A stretch of DNA of 64,000 nucleotides, from assembly GCA_963747235.1 (NCBI GenBank), contig CAVVEU010000017.1:1-64000 (forward strand). The letters are read 5' to 3'. Position 1 is the first letter of the stretch. Each line of letters opens with the position of its first letter. The notes beneath the pieces are model-generated. The model did no database searches, had not been told where the DNA came from, and saw nothing but the letters and a program-made list of their open reading frames with translations. Of the stretch, positions 32,071-41,520 are shown piece after piece. Source of the DNA: an uncultured Candidatus Rokubacteria bacterium. Its GTDB lineage: Bacteria > Methylomirabilota > Methylomirabilia > Rokubacteriales > CSP1-6. The position numbers and the translations under genes are program-made.

Positions 32071-33090
32071 CTACTCGATCACCTGATCCGCCCGCTGCAG
32101 GAGCGACGGCGGGATCGTGAGGCCGAGCGCCTTGGCGGTCTTGAGGTTGATGACCAGATCAAACCTTGTGGATTGTTCCACAGGGAGCTCGCCCGGCCTT
32201 GCCCCTCTCAGAATCTTGTCCACGAAGGTAGCTGCCCGGTGCCACAGCTCGCTACGGTTCGGGCCGTAGGCCATCAGGCCACCGGCCTCCGCAAAAGTTG
32301 GCAATCCGAAGATCGCCGGCAGACGGTGTTTCACTGCAACATCCGCGATCTGAGCTGAACAGACGTTGATCATCGCATCCTCGAGCACCACAAGGCCCCA
32401 CCGGCCTTGGCTGATGCGCACCAAAGCATCGCCGACGTCTGGGGGCGCTTGGATCTTGATGTGCTGGACATCGATCCCTAACGTCTTGGCGGTTGTTTCG
32501 ATCCGTTTGACGGCAGGCCCGTGGACGGCATTGCTTGGGTTCCAGACAGTAGCAACACGGGTGAGCGTCGGAATCGCCTCCTTGAGAAGTTGGAGACGCT
32601 TTGCACCGAGCTCGGGGAGAAAGAAGGACGCCCCCGTGAGGTTGCCGCCGGGGTGGGCGAGATTAGTAACAAGGCCGGCTGCCACCGGATCGCCAGTGAC
32701 CGTCATGACGATCGGTATCGTTGTGGTCGCTTGTGTCGCCGCTCGAGTCGGCGGTGTACCTTCTGTGACGACAATGTCCACCTTGAGCCGGACTAGGTCG
32801 GCTGCGAGCGCTCGCAGTCGGTCGTAATGCCCGTCCGCATATCTTAACTCGATGGTAATGTTCCGTCCCTCGACGTAACCGAGATCGCGTAGCGCTTGCC
32901 GGAAGATCTCGATGTAAGGCGAGGCAAAGGCTTCCGAGGCCCCGATCAGGAGGCCGATCCGGTAGATTTTCGTGGATTGCTGCGCCTCAGCGGCATGGGG
33001 CGCGGCGAGGAGGCTGCCAGTGATGACCGCCATGAAGGCGCGTCGCGGCATCTCCGGCGAGCAGATAGAGGCCATCGGGTCCCTCGTCAT
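32071..33090 (-). CDS. ABC transporter substrate-binding protein (ABC_sub_bind type)
   Basis: LGYVEGRNITIE, DPVAAGLV..LAHPGGNLTG, VINLKTAKALGLTIPPSLL; many A/T-ending codons; start may be MPRRAF near 33051. Confidence 0.9.
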   Translation of the reverse strand: MTRDPMASICSPEMPRRAFMAVITGSLLAAPHAAEAQQSTKIYRIGLLIGASEAFASPYIEIFRQALRDLGYVEGRNITIELRYADGHYDRLRALAADLVRLKVDIVVTEGTPPTRAATQATTTIPIVMTVTGDPVAAGLVTNLAHPGGNLTGASFFLPELGAKRLQLLKEAIPTLTRVATVWNPSNAVHGPAVKRIETTAKTLGIDVQHIKIQAPPDVGDALVRISQGRWGLVVLEDAMINVCSAQIADVAVKHRLPAIFGLPTFAEAGGLMAYGPNRSELWHRAATFVDKILRGARPGELPVEQSTRFDLVINLKTAKALGLTIPPSLLQRADQVIE

Positions 33091-33307
33091 GGTCTGGCCG
33101 TGAGTCTACCAGCGTCGGCGGGCGTGGGCCGCGGGAGGTGTGCCTACTGCGTCGCCAGGACCGGGGCGAAGGGCGGGAAGACGCTGTGCGCGCCGAGATC
33201 ACTGGGCGCGGCGGAAGCGCCTGAGTGTCCGGAGTTCGCCGAGAATCCGCGCGTGTGCGGCGCCAAGCGCGCGCCACGGTGCGCTGCGAGGTATAACATA
33301 GTGCCGC

Positions 33308-34270
33308 ATGCACGGAGCCCAGGGACTCGATGCCCGGTTGGGCCGGCAGCTCGTCCTGGACGAGCTGTTCGATCTCACGCTCTACCAGTCCCTGCTGCGG
33401 ATGGCGCCCGCCGGCCTCCGACCGATTCTCGAGCAGCTCATTCCGATCGAGACGCGCCACTACGGGTTCTGGCAGGAATTCTTCGGTCTGAAGATCGCGA
33501 CGCTCGATCTTCCGCGGCGGGCGAAGCTCGCGCTCCTGGTGGGCCTCGCGCGGCTGCTCGGGGCGCCGGGCATTCATCTGATCCTGGAGGCCATCGAGGT
33601 CTACGGGGTCCGCAAGTACCTCGCGGTGTGGCGGCAGTACGAGGGGGGACCGCTGGGCGTGGCGGTGCGGGGCATCCTGGAGGACGAGTTCAAGCACGAG
33701 GACGCGGTGGTCATGGCGGACTCCGAGCGCCAGATGAATCCCCAGCGGGTGCGCGACATCTTCCTCGGGCTGAACGACGGCCTCGTGGAGATCCTGGGGG
33801 CGGTCAGCGGCTTCTTCGGGGCGTTCGCCAACACGACGACCGTGCTGATCGCCGGGATGATGGTGGGCGTCGCGGGCGCGCTGTCCATGGGGGCGGGCGC
33901 CTATCTCGCGGGGAGCTCCGAGGCGGAGGTCCGCGATACCGAGGACCGGCGGCGCCGGTTCCTCGGGGAGGCGGAGGCCACGGTGGAATCCGCCGACACG
34001 CCGCTGGCCTCCGGCGTGCGGGTCGGGGTCAGCTACGTGATCGGCGCGGTCGTGCCGATCCTGCCGGTGCTGTTCGGCGCCCGGACGTTGCTGCCCTCGC
34101 TGGTGGTGGCCGGCGGCGTGATCGTCCTCGTCTCCACGATCCTCGCGTTCCTCTCCGGCATGAACGTCAAGCGGCGCATCCTGCTGAACCTGGCCATCAT
34201 GGCCGCGGCGGTGGCGATCAGCTACCTCATCGGGCTGGTGGCCCAGTCGGTATGGGGCATCACCGTCTGA
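33308..34270 (+). CDS. ferritin-like/rubrerythrin domain fused to VIT1/CCC1 transporter
   Basis: ETRH and EFKH ExxH motifs; RDIFLGLNDGLVE, AGALSMGAGAYL. Confidence 0.85.
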   Translation: MHGAQGLDARLGRQLVLDELFDLTLYQSLLRMAPAGLRPILEQLIPIETRHYGFWQEFFGLKIATLDLPRRAKLALLVGLARLLGAPGIHLILEAIEVYGVRKYLAVWRQYEGGPLGVAVRGILEDEFKHEDAVVMADSERQMNPQRVRDIFLGLNDGLVEILGAVSGFFGAFANTTTVLIAGMMVGVAGALSMGAGAYLAGSSEAEVRDTEDRRRRFLGEAEATVESADTPLASGVRVGVSYVIGAVVPILPVLFGARTLLPSLVVAGGVIVLVSTILAFLSGMNVKRRILLNLAIMAAAVAISYLIGLVAQSVWGITV

Positions 34271-34276
34271 GCGGCC

Positions 34277-35530
34277 TCACGCCGTGACCGCGCGGGCGCG
34301 CCCCCACATGGCCGCGCGCCACCGGAGGGCGATGAGCGCGGTCAGGACGATCCCGGCCGCGGCCATCGCGGTGATGGTGAGCGGGTACCCGATCCGCTCG
34401 ATCAGCGCGCCGGACGCGATCAGCCCGATCGGGAGGCCGTAGACGCAGAGGGAGCGCACGCCCATGACCCGCGCGCGGAAGCCCGGGCCCGAGGCGGTGA
34501 GGAGCGTCGCGGTCATCGAGATCATCGCGACGCTCTGCACGAAGCCGGTGGCCAGCAGCACGAGCAATCCGGGCCCCAGCGTCGGCACGTGCGCGAAGAC
34601 GAGCAGCAGCCCGTACCAGAGCAGGGTGTGCACGAGCGTGTAGCGCTCCGGATGGCGTGGCCCGCCGGTGACCACCATCGCGATCGAGGCCAGCAGCGCC
34701 CCGAACGAGAACGCGGCGGCCAGCCAGCCCAGCCCCGTCGCGTCCACCTGGTACACGCGCTGCGCGATGTAGGGCAGGAGGCCGCCCGAGGCCGGGTACG
34801 CGGTGAGGTTGATCAGGAACGCGAGCCACATCGGCGCCAGGAGCTGCGGCCGGCTCAGGATGTGCGCGACCCCGTCCTTCAGCTCGCCCCATCCCCAATC
34901 CCTCTCCCCCGAGAGGGGGAGCGGGTAGGGTGAGGGGGCGCCCGGATCCGGCACCGGCCGCGCCCGCGCGACCCCGAACGTGAGCGCCAGGCTCGCCAGG
35001 TAGAAGCACGTCACGAACACGTAGGTGAGGCCGATCCCCAGGATGGTGGACAGCCCGGCGCCCGCCAGCGCGCCGCCCACGCGGGCGGAATCCATGGTGG
35101 CGCGCGACATGCCGAGCGCGCCCATCAGGTGGTCGGGCGGGATCGTCTCGCCGATCAGCGCGTTGCGCATCACGAGGTCGTTGGGGCGCACGATGCCGTT
35201 GAGCGCGGCCAGCACGATGGCCCAGGCCGGCGTCAGCCAGCCGGTGAAGGCCAGGACCATCACGGTCACCGCGAGCGTGGCGTAGATCGCGCGCATCGCG
35301 CAGAGCATGAGGCGGCCGCCCACCCGGTCGCCCAGCACGCCGAACATGGGCGCGGCGAGCGTGCCGAGGAACTGCGCGGAGCCGAAGAGGGTGAGCAGCA
35401 GCACCGAGCCGGTCTGCACCATCACGTACCAGCCCAGGATGAGCGTCTCCATCTCGAACGCCCAGGAGGTGAGGAGGTCGGCGGGCCACTGGAAGCGGAA
35501 GCTGCGGACGCGGAAGGCGGCGAGGATCAA
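34277..35530 (-). CDS. MFS transporter
   Basis: TTG start overlaps LLM stop; GVLGDRVG, FRARVMG; hydrophobic multi-pass profile. Confidence 0.85.
   Translation of the reverse strand: MILAAFRVRSFRFQWPADLLTSWAFEMETLILGWYVMVQTGSVLLLTLFGSAQFLGTLAAPMFGVLGDRVGGRLMLCAMRAIYATLAVTVMVLAFTGWLTPAWAIVLAALNGIVRPNDLVMRNALIGETIPPDHLMGALGMSRATMDSARVGGALAGAGLSTILGIGLTYVFVTCFYLASLALTFGVARARPVPDPGAPSPYPLPLSGERDWGWGELKDGVAHILSRPQLLAPMWLAFLINLTAYPASGGLLPYIAQRVYQVDATGLGWLAAAFSFGALLASIAMVVTGGPRHPERYTLVHTLLWYGLLLVFAHVPTLGPGLLVLLATGFVQSVAMISMTATLLTASGPGFRARVMGVRSLCVYGLPIGLIASGALIERIGYPLTITAMAAAGIVLTALIALRWRAAMWGRARAVTA
34900..34938. repeat. REP-like element inside MFS coding sequence
   Basis: CCCTCTCCCCCGAGAGGGGGAGCGGGTAGGGTGAGGGGG, matching 14021-14054. 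Confidence 0.7.
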
Positions 35531-36540
35531 AGAGCGCCGGCGACCTCCTTCATCCACCGGCGCATGAAGGCGCGCGGATCCGGCACGAAGCCGGTGATCA
35601 TGAACTGGCGCGCGCCCGCCCCCATCGCGCGCCGGAGCTGGGCCACGCAGTCGGCGGGCGTGCCCGCGACCGCGAAGCGGTCGGCCAGGAACTCGGTGAG
35701 GTCCCAGCGGTCGGGCAGGCTCGCGTTGGCGGCGCCCGCGATCTCGTGGTGGTGCGCGTTGTACTCGCGCTGGAGCGCGCGGATCTTCTCGTGCAGGTCG
35801 GCCGGCACGCCCTTGCCCTCGAGCGTGAAGCGGAAGGCGTGGTTGGCGCTCGCGGCCAGCGCCATCTTGATCGGCTCGATCGCGGCGGCGCGGCTGTCGG
35901 CCAGGCTGGTCTTGGCGAACCACCAGACGTCCACGTCGTCGAGCGTGCGCCCCGCCGCGCGCGCGCCGCGCTCGATCGCGGCGAGCGACAGCGCGATCAC
36001 GTCCGGCGTCAGGCCGAGGCCGCAGATCACCCCGTCGGCGACGCGGCCGGCCAGCTCGAGCGTGCGCGGGCCCTCGGCGGCCAGGTAGATCGGCACGCGG
36101 CGCGTCGAGCGGTGCACGCGCCACGGCCGGCCGCCGCGGTCCACCGCCTCGCCCGTGGTCAGCCGGCCGAGCGTCGCGATCGCGTCCTCGAGCCCGGCCA
36201 CCGTGGCGGGCGGGGCGCCGATCGTGTAGATCGCGCTGTCGCCCGAGCCCAGGCCGAGCACGGCGCGCCCGCCCGCGAGCTCGTCCACGCTGGCGATGGC
36301 GCTCGCGGTGACCACCAGGTGCCGTGTCTGCGGATTGGTGACGAGGGGGCCGAGCTTCACGCGGCGCGTATTGAGCGCGGCGAGCGTGAGGGCGACGTAG
36401 AGCTCGCGGAAGACCGACTGCGAGTCGGCCACGCCGAGCCAGTCGAAGCCGGCCGCCTCCGTCTCGCGGCAGAGCTCGCCGAACTCGGTGAGCGACTCCG
36501 GGAGGAGCACGATGCCGAACCGCGCCGTTGCGGCGGTCAT
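35527..36540 (-). CDS. LLM class oxidoreductase (Mer-like)
   Basis: GFDWLGVADSQ, VTNPQTRH, GLGSGDS, IYLAAEGPRTL. Confidence 0.88.
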   Translation of the reverse strand: MTAATARFGIVLLPESLTEFGELCRETEAAGFDWLGVADSQSVFRELYVALTLAALNTRRVKLGPLVTNPQTRHLVVTASAIASVDELAGGRAVLGLGSGDSAIYTIGAPPATVAGLEDAIATLGRLTTGEAVDRGGRPWRVHRSTRRVPIYLAAEGPRTLELAGRVADGVICGLGLTPDVIALSLAAIERGARAAGRTLDDVDVWWFAKTSLADSRAAAIEPIKMALAASANHAFRFTLEGKGVPADLHEKIRALQREYNAHHHEIAGAANASLPDRWDLTEFLADRFAVAGTPADCVAQLRRAMGAGARQFMITGFVPDPRAFMRRWMKEVAGAL

Positions 36541-36669
36541 GATCGGCCACACCCTAGCACCGACCGCGGCTTGACGTCTCCGGAATTGGGGCGCAGACTT
36601 CGCGGGTGCCGCCGTCGTGGCGGTGATTCCGAGCGCGTCCCAGCACAGCCCAGCATAGGAGGGTCGGCG

Positions 36670-37287
36670 ATGATCTACGAGTTCCGGACCTATACCCTGA
36701 AGCCCCGCAGCCTGGCCGAGGTGGAGAAGCGCTACGCCGAGGCCTACGAGTACCGGAAGAAGTACTCGCCGCTCACCGCCTTCTGGCACACCGAGATCGG
36801 CCCGCTCAACGAGATCATCCACGTGTGGGGCTACAAGGACCTGGCCGAGCGCGCCCGCATCCGGGCCGAGGCGTCCAAGGACGCGAACTGGCCGCCCAAG
36901 ATCCGCGACTTCGTCATCGATCAGGACGTGGAGATCCTGACCCCGTTCTCCTTCGTCCCCGACATCACGCCGGGCACGCTGGGCCCGATCTTCGAGATCC
37001 GGCGCTACAGCCTCATGGCGGGCTCGCTGCCCGGCGTCGCGAAGCGCTGGGAGGGCGCCATCGGCGAGCGGATCAAGCTCTCGCCGCTGGTGCTGGCCGC
37101 CGGGGTGGAGTTCGGCGCCGCGAACCGGTTCGTGCACATCTGGGGGTACAAGAGCATGGACCAGCGGCTGGCCGTCCGGGAGCAGGCGCGCAAGGCGGGC
37201 ATCTGGCCGCCGGCGGGCGGCGGCGACGAGCTGATCGCGCAGTCGAGCAAGATCGTCATGCCGTCGGCGTTCTCGCCGCTGCAGTAG
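36670..37287 (+). CDS. NIPSNAP family protein (two domains)
   Basis: MIYEFRTYTL, EIGPLNEIIHVWGY, duplicated domain, PSAFSPLQ. Confidence 0.9.
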   Translation: MIYEFRTYTLKPRSLAEVEKRYAEAYEYRKKYSPLTAFWHTEIGPLNEIIHVWGYKDLAERARIRAEASKDANWPPKIRDFVIDQDVEILTPFSFVPDITPGTLGPIFEIRRYSLMAGSLPGVAKRWEGAIGERIKLSPLVLAAGVEFGAANRFVHIWGYKSMDQRLAVREQARKAGIWPPAGGGDELIAQSSKIVMPSAFSPLQ

Positions 37288-37297
37288 GAGCGACGCG

Positions 37298-37840
37298 ATG
37301 CCTCCGACCAAGCTCGCCCATCTCGTGTTCCAGACCAATCGCCTGCCCGCGATGCGGGACTGGTACTGCACCGTGCTCGACGGGCGCGTGATCTAGGAGA
37401 ACGACCACCTCTCCTTCGTGACCTACGACGACGAGCACCACCGCGTGGCCTTCATCGACTTCGGCCCGCTCGCCTCCCGGGACCTGGCGGGAGGCGACCT
37501 CCGGTACCGGCCCACCGACCAGCCCGGCCTGCATCACGTCGCGTTCACGTTCGCCTCGATGGGCGAGCTGCTCGGCAACTACGAGCGGCTCGCCGCGCGG
37601 GGCATTCGCCCGTTCCGCTCCATCAACCACGGCCCGACGACGTCCATGTACTACGTCGACCCCGACGGCAACCGGGTGGAGCTGCAGATCGACAACTTCG
37701 CCACCGCCGAGGAAGGGCAGGCCTGGATGCTCTCGCCCGCCTTCGACCGCAACCCGATCGGCGTCGAGTTCGACCCCGACGACCTGGTCCGCCGCTTCCA
37801 CGCCGGCGTCCCGGTCGCCGAGCTCGTCATCCGCGACTAG
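37298..37840 (+). CDS. VOC/glyoxalase family protein with in-frame TAG at 37394-37396
   Basis: KLAHLVFQT..MRDWY..VI-TAG-ENDHLSFVTYDDEHHR; NHGPTTSMYYVDPDGNRVELQ. Confidence 0.8.
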
Positions 37841-37842
37841 CC

Positions 37843-37868
37843 GGGGTCAGGTCTTGCATTTCGACATT
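37843..37868 (+). repeat. dispersed intergenic repeat GGGGTCAGGTCTTGCAT-N3-GACATT, copy 1
   Basis: 23 of 26 nt identical to 51442-51467. Confidence 0.7.
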
Positions 37869-37882
37869 TCTGGCCGCGCCAC

Positions 37883-38408
37883 ATGACTTCCAAGCCACTG
37901 AAGCCGCCAGTCGTCGCCGCGTTGCTGCAGTCCGCGGCCGCGACGATCCATGCGGAGCTGGCCGCGTTGCCCGCTCCGGTGCTCGAGTTCCACCCGGCCG
38001 AGGGCGAGTGGTGCGCCAAGGAAGTGCTCGGCCACCTCATCGAGTGCGAGCAGCGCGGCTTCTCGGGCCGGATCCGCATCATCCTGAAGAGCGACGGCAG
38101 CCCGCGCGCTCGAGGGCTGGGACCAGGACGCGGTCGCGCGCGCCCGGAAGGACTGCGCGCGCGACTGGCCGACGCTCTATCACGAGTTCCTCCAGCTCCG
38201 GAGCGCCAGCGTCACGCAGGTGGCCGGGCTCGCGCCGGCGGACCTGGCGCGCGGCGGCCGACATCCCAAGGTCGGCGTTCTCACCGTGGCCGACCTGCTC
38301 CACGAGTGGGTGCACCACGACCGCAACCACATCCGCCAGATGCTGGCCAACGTGCAGGCCTACGCCTGGCCGCACATGGGTAACGCGCAGCGCTTCTCCC
38401 TGCCCTAG
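37883..38408 (+). CDS. DinB family protein (frameshift near 38108)
   Basis: EWCAKEVLGHL; HDRNHIRQM in the shifted frame. Confidence 0.8.
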
Positions 38409-39655
38409 GCGCGCGCCCCGCCGATCGCGCGGCCCGCCTGCGCGACCGCGGCGTCGTCGATCGCGCCCGCGCCGGAGATCACCGGGACCGGCCCGTCCAT
38501 CAGGTGCGGGTAGCGCAGGCCGGTGGCGGTGTTGAAGACCACCACCCGCGACGTCGGGCCCAGCTGTCCCTCGCGGACCATGCGGCGCACCGCCGCGACG
38601 GTCGCCGCGCCTTCCGGCGAGAGGAAGAGTCCCTCGTGCCGGTTCACCCAGCGCATCATCTCGAGGCTCTCCGCGTCGGGCACGCCCACCGCCCAGCCCT
38701 TGGTGGCGCGCAGGGCGCGCAGGGCCACGTGATCGGAGAAGGGCTTCACCACCATGATGCCGGGCGCGATGGTCTCCACGTGCTGGGCGCCCAGGCACTC
38801 CTCCGCTCCCTCGTGGAACGCCTTCACCAGCGCGCCGCCCTCGACCTGCACCGAGACCAGGCGCGGCCGCTCGCTGCCGATCCAGCCGAGCTCCTGCAGC
38901 TCGTCGAAGACCTTCCACATCCCGATGATCCCGACCCCGCCGCCGGTGGGATACAGGATGGCGTCCGGGGTCTGCCAGCCGAGCTGCTCGGCGATCTCGA
39001 TGCCCATCGTTTTCTTGCCCTCGAAGCGGTACGGCTCGCGGCCCGCGCCGGCCAGCAGCCAGCCGTGGCGCGCGGCCGCCTCGCCCATCATCCGGAAGAC
39101 GTCGCCGATCGTGCCGTCCACGCGGTAGACGTGCGCGCCGTTCTGCAGGCTGCCCTTCCAGCCGAGTTCCGGGCACGACACCGGGAGCGCGGTGTGGATC
39201 TCCACCCCCGCGCGCGCCCCGTACGCGGCCCACGCGTGGCCGCCGCTGCCCACGGTGGGCTGGGCGAAGCGGGTGATCCCCAGCTCCTTCCACCGGGAGA
39301 TGGACGCGGACGCGCCGCGGGCCTTGAAGGTGCCGGTCGGGTTGACGCCCTCGTCCTTCACCCACAGCTCGCCGACCCCGGTCTCGCGCGCCGCCTTCGG
39401 CACCGGGATCATCGGGGTGAAGCCCTCGCCCATGGTCACGATCGACGCCTCGTCGCGGACCGGGAGCAGCTCGCGATAGCGCCACATGGTGGGCGGGCGC
39501 CGCGCGATGTCGTCCGGGGTGACCGCCTTGCGGATGCCGGCCAGGTCGTAGCGGGCCAGCAGCGTGCTCCCGCAGTCGCAGAGCGCGCGCGCGGTGTCGC
39601 CGGGATAGTAGGCGGAGCAGCGGGTGCATTCGAGGCCGGCCAGGAAACCCGTCAT
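38405..39655 (-). CDS. threonine synthase-like PLP enzyme
   Basis: CTRC..CDCG Zn ribbon, MGEGFTP, NPTGTFKARG, YPTGGG. Confidence 0.85.
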   Translation of the reverse strand: MTGFLAGLECTRCSAYYPGDTARALCDCGSTLLARYDLAGIRKAVTPDDIARRPPTMWRYRELLPVRDEASIVTMGEGFTPMIPVPKAARETGVGELWVKDEGVNPTGTFKARGASASISRWKELGITRFAQPTVGSGGHAWAAYGARAGVEIHTALPVSCPELGWKGSLQNGAHVYRVDGTIGDVFRMMGEAAARHGWLLAGAGREPYRFEGKKTMGIEIAEQLGWQTPDAILYPTGGGVGIIGMWKVFDELQELGWIGSERPRLVSVQVEGGALVKAFHEGAEECLGAQHVETIAPGIMVVKPFSDHVALRALRATKGWAVGVPDAESLEMMRWVNRHEGLFLSPEGAATVAAVRRMVREGQLGPTSRVVVFNTATGLRYPHLMDGPVPVISGAGAIDDAAVAQAGRAIGGARA

Positions 39656-39694
39656 CGTCTCTCTCCCTCCGGAGATCTCGTCTCGCGGCGCGGC

Positions 39695-40537
39695 TCAGCC
39701 GCGGCGGCCCCGGCCGCGCAGCCGCGGCTCGAGGAGGTCGCGGGCGCCGTCGCCCAGGACGTTCATGGATAGCACGATCACCATGATGGCGAGCCCGGGA
39801 AACGTGGCCAGCCACCAGCCCCGGATCAGGTACTCCTTGCCGTCGGCCAGGGCCAGGCCCCAGCTCGGCGTCGGGGGCGGCACGCCCAGCCCCAGGAAGC
39901 TCAGCGTGGATTCCAGCACGATCAGGCGGCCGATCTCGGTGGTCATGATCACGAGCGCGTACGACACCACGTTCGGCAGCACGTGGCGCAGCAGGATCCG
40001 CCAGGCCGGGCAGCCGAGGCCGCGGGCGGCCTGGATGAAGTCGGTCTCGCGCAGGCTCAGGGTCTGGCCGCGCACCACCCGCGCGTAGGTCACCCAGCCG
40101 CTCAGGGCGAGGATGACGAGGAGGTTCGGCAGGCTCGGGCCGAGGACCGCGATCACGGTGATGGCGAAGAGCAGGAACGGGAAGGCGAGCTGGATGTCGA
40201 TCAGCTTGGCGATCACCGAGTCGGCGCGGCCGCGGAAGTAGCCGCCGAGCATGCCCAGCGCGAGGCCCACGGTTCCGCCGATCAGCGAGGAGACCACCCC
40301 GACCAGCAGCGACACGCGAGCGCCGTAGATGATCCGGCTCAGGATGTCCCGCCCGAGCTGGTCGGTTCCGAGCAGGTGCCGGGATCGCCCCGCCTCGGTC
40401 CAGGCCGGCGGCTGCAGCCGCGCGGAGAGATCGCCCCGCGTCGGGTCGTAGGGGGCGAGCTGGGGCGCCAGCGCCGCGCACACGAGCGCGGCGATCACCG
40501 GCAGCGCGGCCAGGATCACGGGCCACCGGAGGCGCAT
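39695..40537 (-). CDS. peptide/nickel ABC permease (DppC-like)
   Basis: LGTDQLGRD, RHVLPN, LSFLGLG..PSWG. Confidence 0.9.
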   Translation of the reverse strand: MRLRWPVILAALPVIAALVCAALAPQLAPYDPTRGDLSARLQPPAWTEAGRSRHLLGTDQLGRDILSRIIYGARVSLLVGVVSSLIGGTVGLALGMLGGYFRGRADSVIAKLIDIQLAFPFLLFAITVIAVLGPSLPNLLVILALSGWVTYARVVRGQTLSLRETDFIQAARGLGCPAWRILLRHVLPNVVSYALVIMTTEIGRLIVLESTLSFLGLGVPPPTPSWGLALADGKEYLIRGWWLATFPGLAIMVIVLSMNVLGDGARDLLEPRLRGRGRRG

Positions 40538-41457
40538 CAGGCTTCGAGCTTGACGCGCGGGTCGAGCCACGCGTAGCAGAGGTCCACCAGGACATTGCCC
40601 AGGATGAAGATCATCGCCATCACGAAGACCGCGGCTTCCACGAGCGGGAAGTCGCGGTTGTAGATCGCGAAGATCATGAGCCGCCCCACCCCCGGCCACG
40701 AGAAGATCATCTCGCACACGATCGCGCCGCCCAGCAGCAGCCCGAACTGGAGGCCGATCACGGTGACGATGGGCAGGGCCGCGTTCCGGAGCGTGTGCTT
40801 CCACACGATCTGGCGCTCGGGCAGCCCCTTGGCCCGCGCGGTGCGCACGTAGTCGGCGTCGAGCACCTCGAGCATGCCCGACCGCACGAGGCGGGCGATG
40901 GACGCCATCGGGTAGCTGGCCAGCGTCAGGGCGGGCAGGATCAGGTGCCGCCAGGTGCCGTAGCCCGACGTGGGGAAGAGCTGGAGGATCACCGCCCCGA
41001 CCAGCATCAGCATCAGTCCGGTCCAGAAGATCGGCGCGGACTGGCCGAGCGCCGCGAGCGCCACCGCGAGGTGATCGAGGACGCTGCCGCGCCGCGACGC
41101 CGCGAAGATGCCCAGCGGCAGGGCCACGACCAGGGCGAGCGCGAGCGCGCTCGCGGCCAGGAGCATCGAGGCGGGCAGGCGCTCGACCACGAGGGCCATC
41201 GCGGGCTGCTGATGCTGGAGCGAGTCGCCGAAGTCGCCCCGCGCGACCCGGCCGAGGAACCGGCCGTACTGGACGATCACCGGCTGGTCGAGCCCGAGCG
41301 TCCTGGTGAGCGCCTCGATCTCGTCGCGGCCCGCGTTCGGGGGCAGGAGCATCATCACCGGGTCGCCGGTGAGGTGCAGCACCACGAACACGAGCGAGAG
41401 GACGCAGAACACCACGATCACGGTGTGCCACAGCTTCTGGATCAGGAAGTCGCGCAC
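40537..41457 (-). CDS. peptide/nickel ABC permease (DppB-like)
   Basis: GDFGDS, YVRTARAKGL, FSWPGVG. Confidence 0.9.
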   Translation of the reverse strand: MRDFLIQKLWHTVIVVFCVLSLVFVVLHLTGDPVMMLLPPNAGRDEIEALTRTLGLDQPVIVQYGRFLGRVARGDFGDSLQHQQPAMALVVERLPASMLLAASALALALVVALPLGIFAASRRGSVLDHLAVALAALGQSAPIFWTGLMLMLVGAVILQLFPTSGYGTWRHLILPALTLASYPMASIARLVRSGMLEVLDADYVRTARAKGLPERQIVWKHTLRNAALPIVTVIGLQFGLLLGGAIVCEMIFSWPGVGRLMIFAIYNRDFPLVEAAVFVMAMIFILGNVLVDLCYAWLDPRVKLEA

Positions 41458-41520
41458 GAGGTGATCGGGGCCGGCGCCGGGCGCGGGGGCGCGGGCCCCC
41501 GGCGTCCGGCGCCGGCCGGG

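Larger units (their letters stand above)
31501..33301. mobile_element. putative decayed integrative element bounded by direct repeats CGGTGCGC-N6-GTATAACATAG
   Basis: repeat copies at 31501-31525 and 33277-33301 enclose an integrase remnant and an AT-richer gene. Confidence 0.5.

Noticed and set aside
37394-37396. Pyrrolysine codon
   Set aside because: No pyl genes or methylamine methyltransferase context; a single change from TAC explains it
41469-41517. GC hairpin after the peptide-binding protein gene as a novel RNA
   Set aside because: Typical mRNA-stabilising stem between binding-protein and permease genes; no U-tract or other features
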